From Octopus vulgaris (lineage: Eukaryota), in contig OX597830.1 of assembly GCA_951406725.2 (NCBI GenBank), positions 558,001 to 622,000 of the forward strand: DNA of 64,000 bases, given 5' to 3'. Each line of letters opens with the position of its first letter. Position 1 is the first letter of the stretch. Shown piece by piece: positions 1 to 9,486 of the stretch. Under the pieces are notes generated by a model that was given only the letters and a program-made list of their open reading frames with translations, was not told the origin of the DNA and did not search any database. The position numbers and the translations under genes are program-made.

Positions 1-304
1 TTGGTTGAAATTACCCAAATACGACAACTTTAACACGAAATAACTTCTAAAATACGAAATTTTGCCAAAACCGTTCAGAGTAAATCGTGTTCTACGTGAG
101 AAAGTCTACCAGTAATCGAAGTTTCAAATTGTATATTAAAAAAAATTAAATAAAAAATCTGTGACTGAGATGGAAGAGATCCGGTTTGAGGCCAAGAGTA
201 AAGTTTAAAGTTATTGATACTCAATTCATCAACACTAAAATGGAAAAAGATGCATTTAAGTAGCTGTTATTTGAAGTTGAAACAAAATTTGGGAAATATC
301 GATG

Positions 305-709
305 GTAGAATACATCGACCCCAGTGGGGAAGAGCGTACTTAACTTATGAACTGGCGAATTCACTCGACCCCAATACTCAACCAGTGCTTATTTTATCGA
401 CGCCGAAACGATGCAACGCAAAGTCAACCACGGTTGAATTTGAACTCAGGAGGTATATGTAGAAGTGCCGCCAAAGCACGTTTGTCCGAAGTCCTAACCA
501 TTCTACCACTCGCTGCTTTCGTTAAACTAAATCCTTTCCACTATAGATACAAAGTCCCAAGTTTTGGGAGAGAGTACAAGTCGATTACTTAATTTATCAA
601 CTCCCGAAAGGATGACAGGCAAAGTTGACCTCAGCAGAATTTGAACTCAGAAGGTATAGGTAGAAGAAATACCCCCAAAGCATTTTTGTCCGAAATGCTA
701 ACGATTCTC
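305..709 (-). mobile_element. Tandem degenerate fragments of tRNA-derived SINE family A
   Basis: Repeated ATCGACCCCA...AAAGTCAACC/AAAGTTGACC...AATTTGAACTCAG blocks, homologous to the better copy at 710-945. Confidence 0.7.
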
Positions 710-945
710 ATTTCTTTATTGCCCGCAAGGGGCCAAACATAGAGGGGGGTCAAACATGGATTGAGACAAAGGGATTAAGTCAATTACATCGACCTCAGTG
801 TGTAACTGGTACTTAATTAATCGACCCCGAAAGGATGAAAGGCAAAGTCGACCTCGGCTGAATTTGAACTCAGAACGCAGCGGCAGACGAGATACCACGA
901 AGCAGTTCACCCTGTGTGCTAACGATTCTGCCTGCTCGCTGCCTT
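710..945 (-). mobile_element. SINE family A, near full length (tRNA head, CTTTCATCCTTTCGGGGTCGAT central domain, GCCCCTTG..GG.AATAAAGAAAT tail)
   Basis: Minus strand reads AGGCAGAATCGTTAGC (A-box-like) ... GAGTTCAAATTC (B-box-like) ... GCCTTTCATCCTTTCGGGGTCGAT ... GGCCCCTTGCGGGCAATAAAGAAAT; many copies elsewhere in the window. Confidence 0.85.
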
Positions 946-2194
946 CGATAGACTAATTAATGACAATAACTTATCTATTTAGTCCTAATACGTTTTCAGA
1001 GATTCGAGCGTGAATACCTGAATGCTGTTCTTTGTTAAGAAGACATATCTTTAAAAAAAAAACCCAGAAAAAAGGAGGTGTTTGTCGATGAAAAAAATAA
1101 CTACGATCAGACACTCACGTTTGAATTGGCCAGAACGAATAAAGACGGAATAAATACATTATTGTTTGAACTACCACTGTTTTTTATGCATCTCATGTAT
1201 TATTATTTGAATAATGTAATGTTAAAGAGAAAATATCTATAAAATTCTAAACTGGTAAAACTAGCGATAGTCGGTGTCGATGACAAACAAAGACAATATA
1301 TTCCCTGAAATTTATTGGTTCAAGTTTTGAGTAGAAAAACGGATTCTCACTATAAACAAATATTTTGTTCAATAATTTTCTTTTTAACAACCACCACTAA
1401 ATTTTTAATGTTTTTCAAGAATCTCACAAAACTGCAACAATTGTGAAACTGGCTGTCTCCATTTTTTAACAATCTTGAAATAGATTAATCCTAATCTATA
1501 ATAAACATTTGTGGACAATCACTAGATTTTAACAAACATTTTCACAGGTAATAGACAGAGTAACAGTCTTTTTATACGACACTAGTTTTTGATAATTATG
1601 TTACAAATGATAGCGAGATTTTAACGATCTATTTTGTAGACCACCTCTTGAATTTGACACACGCGTATGCAATCACCTGTTTCATCAATATTTTTCACAG
1701 GTTATAGCCAGATTCTGGGCCATCAGTAATTTTTAAGAAATTTTTCTATAAACCATTATTATTTTCTAACATTTTTGTTACTACTCCTTTTACAAATCAT
1801 GGCTCGTTTTTAATAATCTTTTTACAGACCATAACTTTCACACTTCAACCAACATATTTCCACTATCATATTTCTGTCTTTTATCATTTCTGCTCTCCGT
1901 TATCCTGTCTCGTTTCTCCTTATTCACACTAAATTCTAGAATTATCTTTGTATGGCATTTTTTTGATTTCACATGATTCCATAACATTTAGTGTTTTTTG
2001 AGGTTTCATCAACGCATTTCATAGGATTTATAAACATTAGAAAGAAATTCAATTTTATTAGTTTTCGCTATCAGCAAATTGAATAACATTTTGAAAATTT
2101 CAATTTTTTAATAAATAATTTTATTCACTCACCAGCTTTCTACTCCATGAGTTCATTATATTTGTTGATGATGCAGCTGCTGCTAATATTCTTC

Positions 2195-2197
<3 letters not shown>

Positions 2198-2241
<44 letters not shown>
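2198..2241. repeat. (TTA)n microsatellite
   Basis: Direct reading. Confidence 0.95.
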
Positions 2242-2490
2242 GTTCAATACTCTTATTTTTATCACGTGCTTTCACTCCACTGCCGAGCGCAGCTCTGTGA
2301 GCCTTGGGTACATGCTGTAGTTTGTTTGATGATTCTCTTATTTTCACTCTATGGAAAGTGCTTTACGTGGGATGTGTGCAGTACCTAGTAGTGCTATTTT
2401 CTGTATCTTATATATATATATTCGTAAGCCCTGGCGTTTTGGTTATGTGTTTGTCTGAATGCTTTTTAATCATGCCTAATACACCCTTGG
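2242..2490 (-). mobile_element. 3' end of a Dong/R4-type (restriction-like endonuclease) non-LTR retrotransposon
   Basis: Minus strand translates LGMIKKHSDKHITKTPGLTNIY..KIQKIALLGTAHIPRKALSIE*, the typical R4/Dong C-terminal LLGTAHILRK motif; the 3' end runs into (AAT)n. Confidence 0.75.
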
Positions 2491-2511
2491 GCTCCACGTT
2501 TGGGTGCTTTT

Positions 2512-2528
2512 TTCTTCTTCTTCTTCTT

Positions 2529-2618
<90 letters not shown>
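2512..2618. repeat. Compound (CTT)n(ATT)n microsatellite
   Basis: Direct reading. Confidence 0.95.
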
Positions 2619-2622
<4 letters not shown>

Positions 2623-2823
2623 CAGCGAACTGGCAGAATCGTTAGCCTGTTGGCCGAAATGCACACACTCAGCAAATATTGGATGTAAATGTCACTTTTC
2701 ATACGAGGATAAAATTAATTCACAAATTACATCGATCCCATTACTAGTAGTAGTAGTAATAATAATAATAATATATATATATATATGTATGTATATATAT
2801 ATTTCTTTTTTTCTTTTTTTCTT

Positions 2824-3116
2824 ACCAGGCCATCAGATGTTGTTACACATCGCTGGTCACAATGCGCTTCGCATTGTTTTTTAGCCTTCAAATGACGCCA
2901 CCCCGCTGGCTAAGCGAGCAGGCCAACAGAAGAAAGAGTGAGAGAAAGTTGTGGCGAAAGAGTACAGCAGGGATCGCCACCACCCCCTGCTGGAGCCTCG
3001 TGGAGCTTTAGATGTTTTCGCTCAATAAACACTCACAACGCACGGTCTGGGAATCGAAACCGCGATCCTACGACCGCGAGTCCGCTGCCCTAACCACTAG
3101 GCCATTGCGCCTCCAC
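2824..3116 (-). mobile_element. tRNA-derived SINE family B
   Basis: Minus strand GGAGGCGCAATGGCCTAGTGGTTAGGGCAGCGGACTCGCGGTCGTAGGATCGCGGTTTCGATTCCC has clear A and B boxes; second copy at 44432-44720. Confidence 0.85.
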
Positions 3117-3117
3117 A

Positions 3118-3183
3118 TGTATATATATATATATATATATATAACAATGATAAATCTCAGAGCGAGTTATATATGCATCACGT

Positions 3184-3234
<51 letters not shown>

Positions 3235-3392
3235 TTATATATATATGTATATATATATATGTTTGTATATATATATATGTATATATATATGTATATATAT
3301 GTATGTATGTATATATATATGTATATATATATGTATATATATACATATATACATATATATACATATATATATACATACATACATATATATAC

Positions 3393-3478
<86 letters not shown>
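3118..3478. repeat. (TA)n/(TATG)n-rich microsatellite tract
   Basis: Direct reading; the long IYIY ORFs here are artefacts. Confidence 0.95.
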
Positions 3479-3480
<2 letters not shown>

Positions 3481-4296
3481 CGACTGCTCAACCACTCAAA
3501 TGTGGAAGTCATATATCTCGACTTTGCAAAGGCTTTTGATAAAGTCGACCATGGAATGATATGTCACAAACTGCGTGATCTTGGCATAGTTGGAAAATTG
3601 GGAGAATGGCTTCATGACTTTCTGAAGGATAGAAGTCAGGTGGTAGTAGCCACTTCCATTAACACGCAAATAGCCACTTTTACTATTGCTCTCAGCTATG
3701 GTCATCATCCAGTGTCAAGTTAATCACAGAACTTGAGGCGATCCAACGAAGCTACACGAAGAAGATAGCCTCTGTGCAGTATATAAGCTATTGGGAAAGA
3801 CTCAAAAGATTGAAACTCTATTCCTTAGAGCGTAGGCGAGAAAGATATGCCATAATATACATCTGGAAGATTCTGGAAGGACTTGTCCCAAACTTTGGCA
3901 TCGAGAGTTACGCAAATGCCAGAACTGGGCGCCACTGCACAGTGCCAAGGGCTCCAAATATGCCATCAAGATGTAGGACAAGATACTGTGATAGCCTGGG
4001 CTTCCGAGGCCCACAGCTCTTCAATATCCTCCCGAAGAACCTGAGAGACCTGCACGGGGTGGATGCAGATGTCTTTAAAATAAAACTGGATCTCTTCTTG
4101 TCAGGTGTCCCAGATGAACCAACTTCACCACAGGAGGTTCAGATGAGGGCAGCTGCATCGAACTCTCTCATGCACCAAATGGCAATTGCTAAAAAGCATT
4201 CGTGAAGTAAAATCATGTAGCAACACCAAATGGCGGTGCCCCAGCATGGCCACAACTTGTGAGCTGAAACTAGATAAAAATAAATAAAAAATAAAT
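3479..4296 (+). mobile_element. 5'-truncated, internally deleted copy of the CR1-group LINE at 5101-8402
   Basis: Close match to about 7099-7300 and 7778-8380; encodes [15 protein letters not shown] and YWERLKRLKLYSLERRRER; lacks the segment with GVPQG and YADD. Confidence 0.92.
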
Positions 4297-4299
4297 ATG

Positions 4300-4376
<77 letters not shown>

Positions 4377-4380
<4 letters not shown>

Positions 4381-4571
4381 GGAAAGTTTACGAAAATAAA
4401 CAAAAGACGAAGGCAGGTGGTGTACAAACAAACATAATTTTTAGTATAGCGCTCAGGAATAGAAAAAGTCTTTTACGTTTCGAGCCTACGCTCTACCACA
4501 GAAAGATACACAGAAAAAACAAGGAGCGAAAAAATGCGTGTAGTAGCTAACGACCTATCATGGCGTCTGAC
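4377..4571 (-). mobile_element. Penelope-like pLTR fragment with a degenerate minimal hammerhead (about 4468-4505)
   Basis: Minus strand ...GAGC-GTAG-GCTC-GAAACGTA...; stem II and GAAA are intact, but the CUGANGA box is mutated; bounded by (TA)n. Confidence 0.45.
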
Positions 4572-4612
<41 letters not shown>

Positions 4613-4687
4613 ATGTATGTATATATGTACATATATATGTGTATGTATGTATATATGTACATATATTTATGTATGTATGTATGTATG

Positions 4688-4720
<33 letters not shown>

Positions 4721-4819
4721 TTATATGTATGTATATGTATGTATGTATATATATATATATGTATGTATTTATATATATATATGAATTAATCAAAATAAAA
4801 ACATGATGCCAAGGATTCA

Positions 4820-4897
4820 GCGGTACATATGTTTCGGGCCTTTATTAGACGGATTTATAACAATGCATAATGTGCGTATGTGGCCTTCTTCAGCCGC
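4820..4897 (-). ncRNA. Minimal type I hammerhead ribozyme (Penelope-like)
   Basis: Minus strand GCGG-CTGAAGA-AGGCC...GGCCC-GAAA-CATATG-TA-CCGC: stem I GCGG/CCGC, palindromic stem III ACATATGT, GUA cleavage triplet; A-C mismatch at the base of stem II. Confidence 0.7.
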
Positions 4898-5062
4898 GCA
4901 CAACTACTTCTTCAAGGACATGTATTACATCAAAAATTCTTGGTTGGGGATGCAAATCCTCTCATTCGCGTACGACGTAATGCGGCAACAGCATAAAAAT
5001 GAAGCGTCCATCTCGTTCTTCTCTCAATGTAGAATACATTTATCAAGTACTCACCCCGAATT

Positions 5063-5101
<39 letters not shown>

Positions 5102-5362
5102 GGGGCACCACCTGCCCCAAAGCGGAGGTACGCAGATGTTGTGCGCGTCACAAACAGCCAACATGATGTTGTCGAAAGAGCAGCTGCTGAGCAACAAACT
5201 TTTTTGTGCATGGCACAAAAGATTGTACAGCAGCTGACCTGGCTTCATCAAACCCAAGCCCGCAGGTGGGACTACCCACTATATACCAGACCACCACAGC
5301 AAACAGACACAGGATGGACACCGCCGGCAACAACGTACACCTCACCTCGATACTCCTACTGA
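5102..5362 (+). pseudogene. C-terminal remnant of LINE ORF1, overlapping ORF2
   Basis: Open frame from the microsatellite junction, GAPPAPKRRYADVVRV...QQTFLC...; YAxVV-type motif is common in non-LTR ORF1; no start codon. Confidence 0.6.
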
Positions 5363-8310
5363 ACATCAGAGGACTGCAAACACTCAGTAACAGGACAAAG
5401 ATCCCATTCCTGAGAGACTTTGTTGCATGCAATCAAGCCATATGCATAGCACTTACAGAAACGCACCTGAAACCGGACATAGCAGATGCGGAGTTACACA
5501 TACCACAGTATGCCGTACTACGGACCGGCAGGAAAGAAAGGAGTCATGGAGGTGTTGCTATGTACATCCGTGAGGACCTCACACCCCAGGTCCTCTTGTC
5601 ATACTCAAACTCGGTGTGTGACACACTAATTGTACATATTAGGCAACTTGATGTAGTTGTGTGTGCTACATATCGCCCTCCAGATGCCCCAAGCCATGTG
5701 GGCAAGTTTGAAGACTGCCTTATAAAAATAGAAGAAATTCTAACCACATTAGAACAACACATAGGTGTGCTTCTTATGGGAGACTTCAATCTGCCCAATG
5801 TCAGATGGCCCGAGGGCCTTTCTCTCCCAGGAATGACAAGATGTGAACGAGGACAGGCGAGGTCCCTCCTGAACCTCACCAACACCCTGTACATGGAGCA
5901 GGTAATACTCCAACCAACCAGGGCAGGTAACACACTGGATCTCTGCTTCACAAATGACATGGATCTCATCCATAATGTGAAAGTGACACCGACACTACTC
6001 TCGGATCACAACATGATAGAGCTGACCATGTACGGGCCAAAAGAGAGCACGGACATGCAGCCTACAAGAAACCCTCAAAATCTTTCCAGCTTGAACTACC
6101 ATAAGGCAAACTGGAAACAAATTGAGAAAGAGATCCTCAAACAAAACTGGCCTAAATGTCTCTCCTCGCCAGACATCGACGTGAAACTTCAACAATTCAT
6201 GTCTGTAATGCAAGCCATATGCTACAAATGTGTCCCAGAGAGAAAGGCCACTGTACACAAGAACAAAATCCCCAGAGAGAGGAAAATTTTAATGAGACGG
6301 CGTACGAAATTTTCAAATCGCCTAAACAAACAGATTGAAAGCAGTGAAAAGTCCCGCCTAAAAATAAAACTGTTGGAAATCGAAAAATGTCTGCAACTCT
6401 CCCATGAAAAAGAAAGAGCAGACAAAGAAGCCTGGGCTATAGAAAACATAAAATCTAACCCCAGAGCTTTCTACAGGTATGCCAAAGAAACAGCTACAGT
6501 GCACTGTAGAATAGGGCCACTCCTCGAAAAGGATGGCACACTTACAGGAAAACCAATGAGGGTAAGTGAAATACTGAATGAGCAATTCAAGAGTGTTTTC
6601 ACTCCACCCCTTGGGCATCTCCAAATCACCAATCCAACTGACTTTTTTACCACTGCAGATATAAAATCAGAGGCGGCGACGATAGATTACATCGATATAA
6701 AGGAAGACGATGTAACCAAGGCTATAGATGAAATGAAAACAGACTCAGCTACTGGCCCCGATGGATTCCCGGCAATCCTCCTAAAAGCATGTAAGAGAGT
6801 CCTAGCAAGACCACTGCAGTTCCTCTTTCAGAGCTTCCTTGCAGCTGGCAAACTTCCAGGAAAACTGAAGGAAGGTAAAATATGCCCCATTCATAAAGGA
6901 GGTAGCAGAGCGGAAGCCAAGAACTATAGACCTATCTCTCTGACCTCACACATCAGCAAGGTCATGGAACGAATAGTCAGAAGGAAGCTGATCACCTTCC
7001 TTGAAGAGAATGACTTGCTGCCCGACACCCAACATAGTTTCCGACCAGGGAGAAGCTGTTTAACTCAGCTCCTACAACACTATGACTGGGTGCTGAAACG
7101 GCTGCTCAACCACTCAAATGTGGAAGTGATATATCTCGACTTTGCAAAGGCCTTTGATAAAGTCGATCATGGAATGATATGTCACAAACTGCGTGATCTC
7201 AACATAGTTGGAAAACTGGGAGAATGGCTTCATGACTTTCTGAAGGATAGAAGTCAGGTGGTGGTAGCCAATGGGGCCACCTCCATTAACACACAAATAG
7301 TGAGCGGTGTTCCGCAGGGCACTGTTCTGGGACCACTACTGTTCATAATGGCCCTCTCAGACATGCCCTCAGCCACGCAGAGAGCCACGATCACAAGTTA
7401 TGCAGATGATACAAAAGTTTCACAGGCAATACAGAACCCTGAGGACACTAAACACCTGCAATGTGAGCTGGACGAAATATACAAGTGGGCTGAAAAGAAT
7501 AGCATGCAGTTCAATGCTGGAAAGTTTCAAGCTTTATACTATCAGCATGCAAAACTGAATGCAATACCCAATGAATACACTGGACCCGGAGGGATTGCAA
7601 TCCCAGAGGCACAATCAGTGCGTGACCTGGGTATTCACATGAGTGATGACGCGACCTTTCATGTACATGTTGCTAAACTGACAATGAAATGTAGACGGCT
7701 GGCTGGCTGGATTCTTAGAACCTTTAGAACAAGAGAACAAGAAACCATGATGGTCCTCTGGAAGACACTTGTCCTAAGCCACTTTGACTATTGCTCTCAG
7801 CTATGGTCACCATCCAGTGTCAAGTTGATCACAGAACTTGAGGCGATCCAACGAAGCTACACAAAGAAGATAGCCTCTATGCAGAATGTAAGCTACTGGG
7901 AAAGACTCAAGAGATTAAAATTATATTCCCTGGAGCGTAGGCGGGAAAGATATGCCATAATATACATCTGGAAGATCCTGGAGGGAAGTGTCCTGAACTT
8001 TGGCATCGAGAGTTACGCAAATGCCAGAACTGGGCGCCACTGCGTGGTGCCTAGGACTCCAAACCTGCCATCAAGATGTAGGACAAGATACTGTGATAGC
8101 CTGGGCTTCCGAGGCCCACAGCTCTTCAATATCCTCCCGAAGAACCTGAGAGACCTGCATGGGGTGGATACAGATGTCTTTAAAATGAAGCTGGATCTCT
8201 TCCTGTCAGGTGTCCCAGATGAACCAACTTCACGGCAGGAGGGGCAGATGAGGGCAGCTGCATCGAACTCTCTCATGCACCAAATAGCAGCTGCTAGAAA
8301 GCCTCCATGA
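5206..8310 (+). CDS. LINE ORF2: apurinic-like endonuclease plus reverse transcriptase (first ATG at 5314)
   Basis: Uninterrupted 1034 aa. APE motifs LLNIRGL, LTETHL, GGVAMY, YRPP, GDFNLP, LDL, SDH; RT motifs [41 protein letters not shown]; CR1-type C-terminus YWERLK.L.LYSLERRR. Confidence 0.96.
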   Translation: MHGTKDCTAADLASSNPSPQVGLPTIYQTTTANRHRMDTAGNNVHLTSILLLNIRGLQTLSNRTKIPFLRDFVACNQAICIALTETHLKPDIADAELHIPQYAVLRTGRKERSHGGVAMYIREDLTPQVLLSYSNSVCDTLIVHIRQLDVVVCATYRPPDAPSHVGKFEDCLIKIEEILTTLEQHIGVLLMGDFNLPNVRWPEGLSLPGMTRCERGQARSLLNLTNTLYMEQVILQPTRAGNTLDLCFTNDMDLIHNVKVTPTLLSDHNMIELTMYGPKESTDMQPTRNPQNLSSLNYHKANWKQIEKEILKQNWPKCLSSPDIDVKLQQFMSVMQAICYKCVPERKATVHKNKIPRERKILMRRRTKFSNRLNKQIESSEKSRLKIKLLEIEKCLQLSHEKERADKEAWAIENIKSNPRAFYRYAKETATVHCRIGPLLEKDGTLTGKPMRVSEILNEQFKSVFTPPLGHLQITNPTDFFTTADIKSEAATIDYIDIKEDDVTKAIDEMKTDSATGPDGFPAILLKACKRVLARPLQFLFQSFLAAGKLPGKLKEGKICPIHKGGSRAEAKNYRPISLTSHISKVMERIVRRKLITFLEENDLLPDTQHSFRPGRSCLTQLLQHYDWVLKRLLNHSNVEVIYLDFAKAFDKVDHGMICHKLRDLNIVGKLGEWLHDFLKDRSQVVVANGATSINTQIVSGVPQGTVLGPLLFIMALSDMPSATQRATITSYADDTKVSQAIQNPEDTKHLQCELDEIYKWAEKNSMQFNAGKFQALYYQHAKLNAIPNEYTGPGGIAIPEAQSVRDLGIHMSDDATFHVHVAKLTMKCRRLAGWILRTFRTREQETMMVLWKTLVLSHFDYCSQLWSPSSVKLITELEAIQRSYTKKIASMQNVSYWERLKRLKLYSLERRRERYAIIYIWKILEGSVLNFGIESYANARTGRHCVVPRTPNLPSRCRTRYCDSLGFRGPQLFNILPKNLRDLHGVDTDVFKMKLDLFLSGVPDEPTSRQEGQMRAAASNSLMHQIAAARKPP

Positions 8311-8499
8311 AGTGAAACCAAGTAGCAACACAAAATGGCGGTGCCCCAGCATGGCCACAGCTCATAAGCTGAAACTAGAATCAATCAATCAATCAATCAA
8401 TCATATATATATATATGTATGTATGCATATATATATATGTATGTATGCATATATATATATATGTATGTATGTACATATATATATGTATGTATATCTATA

Positions 8500-8757
8500 T
8501 AATAACAAATAAAAAATAAAACATATCCATATATACATACATATATGTACGTACCTACATCTACATGTATATATACATGCATATATGGGTACAGGACACC
8601 AAAAAAACTTCGAACACAATGAGAAACGAAAACATAAATACAAAACCAAGTAAATGGTCATTTTTCTTAAGCAACGAAAAATAGAATAAAGGACATATAA
8701 CACAAGGAAAATTCCCCTTCTTCAGTCGCCTCTGTTTCATTTACTCCGCGTTTCACG
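8500..8757. repeat. Dispersed repeat R, copy 1 (unclassified)
   Basis: Colinear with 12830-13070 (ACAGGACACC...GAGAAACGAAAACATAAA...CCCCTTCTTCAG...CTGTTTC). Confidence 0.75.
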
Positions 8758-9060
8758 ACTTCGGTGAAACATTCCTTCCCGCAAAAAGCAAATTAAATAA
8801 AATTTGAGATTTTTTTGTGTAGGGGTAAAATGGTAACAAAAACAGGACAGTAAAGACAGTATAAACAGTAAAAGACAGGGCAAGGAGAATAACAGTAACA
8901 CAGACAATGAGGGCTGTTAAGCCAAACGAAAGAAAATATTACGAACGCTTTTTGAGAACGGCAGACTGACCTGTTTTTGTTACCATTTTTACCCCTGCGC
9001 AAAAAAAATCTCAAATTTTATTTAATTTGCTTTTTGTGGGAAGGAATGTTTCACCGAAGT
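8758..9060. repeat. Inverted repeat with arms of about 90 bp (8758-8846 / 8970-9060)
   Basis: ACTTCGGTGAAACATTCCTTCCC...GGTAACAAAAACAGG versus CCTGTTTTTGTTACC...GGGAAGGAATGTTTCACCGAAGT, with few mismatches. Confidence 0.92.
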
Positions 9061-9225
9061 TAAAGACAGATTGTCCTAGAATTGCACGACAATCGTTAAA
9101 TCTTCCCGATATTGGTGTGAGTTGAATTTTTGCGTTAAAGGTTGTATTTGTAATTGTTTGGATTTTTGCTGTTCGCAACGGCTGTTGATGGTGGTGCTGT
9201 TTCTCCAAGTATAGGAGAATCAGCA

Positions 9226-9486
9226 ATGGCTAAAAATAAGTTTTATTCCGACCTCAGCGGGTTGGAACTGCCTTCGTCGGAGGAAGAGCTTGTTAGAGCG
9301 GTTGGAAGGATGGATAAGGAACTGGAAAGAAGAAAAAGTTATGCAAAGGTAGCAGAGAGACAAAATAACGAGGTAGACCTAACAAAGATGACATACTACA
9401 AAAAAATGGCTCAAAAGAAATGTCAATCTATTACCACCACAGAAACTTATGAACGAAATGGTTGGATCAAGGCAAGTGTGCATTGA
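9226..9486 (+). pseudogene. Truncated N-terminus of an ORF1-like protein homologous to 61714
   Basis: LPSSEEELVRAVGRMDKEL...SYAKVAERQNNEVDLTKMTYYKK aligns by eye with LPMSEKELEMAARKLEDKL..TYAGVTKKAEEKGVDMAKLPSYQK. Confidence 0.65.

Larger units (their letters stand above)
5101..8402 (+). mobile_element. CR1-group (CR1/L2/Crack-like) LINE, 5'-truncated within ORF1, with (AATC)n tail, inserted in (TA)n
   Basis: ORF1 remnant, intact ORF2, short 3' UTR ending GAAACTAG(AATC)n; (TA)-rich tracts on both sides. Confidence 0.93.

Noticed and set aside
3045-3116. tRNA-like sequence with A and B boxes (also 44650-44720 and the heads of SINE A and C)
   Set aside because: It continues into SINE body sequence, with no clean acceptor stem or terminator; these are SINE heads, not tRNA genes
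3012-3559. Long ORFs such as [20 protein letters not shown] and poly-I/poly-N throughout the window
   Set aside because: They are translations of (TA)n, (GATA)n, (GA)n and (AAT)n microsatellites, not genes
5544-6653. Antisense ORFs within LINE ORF2 (likewise 62040-63087 within the ORF1 element)
   Set aside because: Shadow frames of real coding sequence with no motifs of their own
8705-8760. Minus-strand GAAAC...CTGAAGA suggesting a permuted (type II) hammerhead in repeat R
   Set aside because: Stems I and III cannot be formed convincingly in this copy or in the 13040 copy
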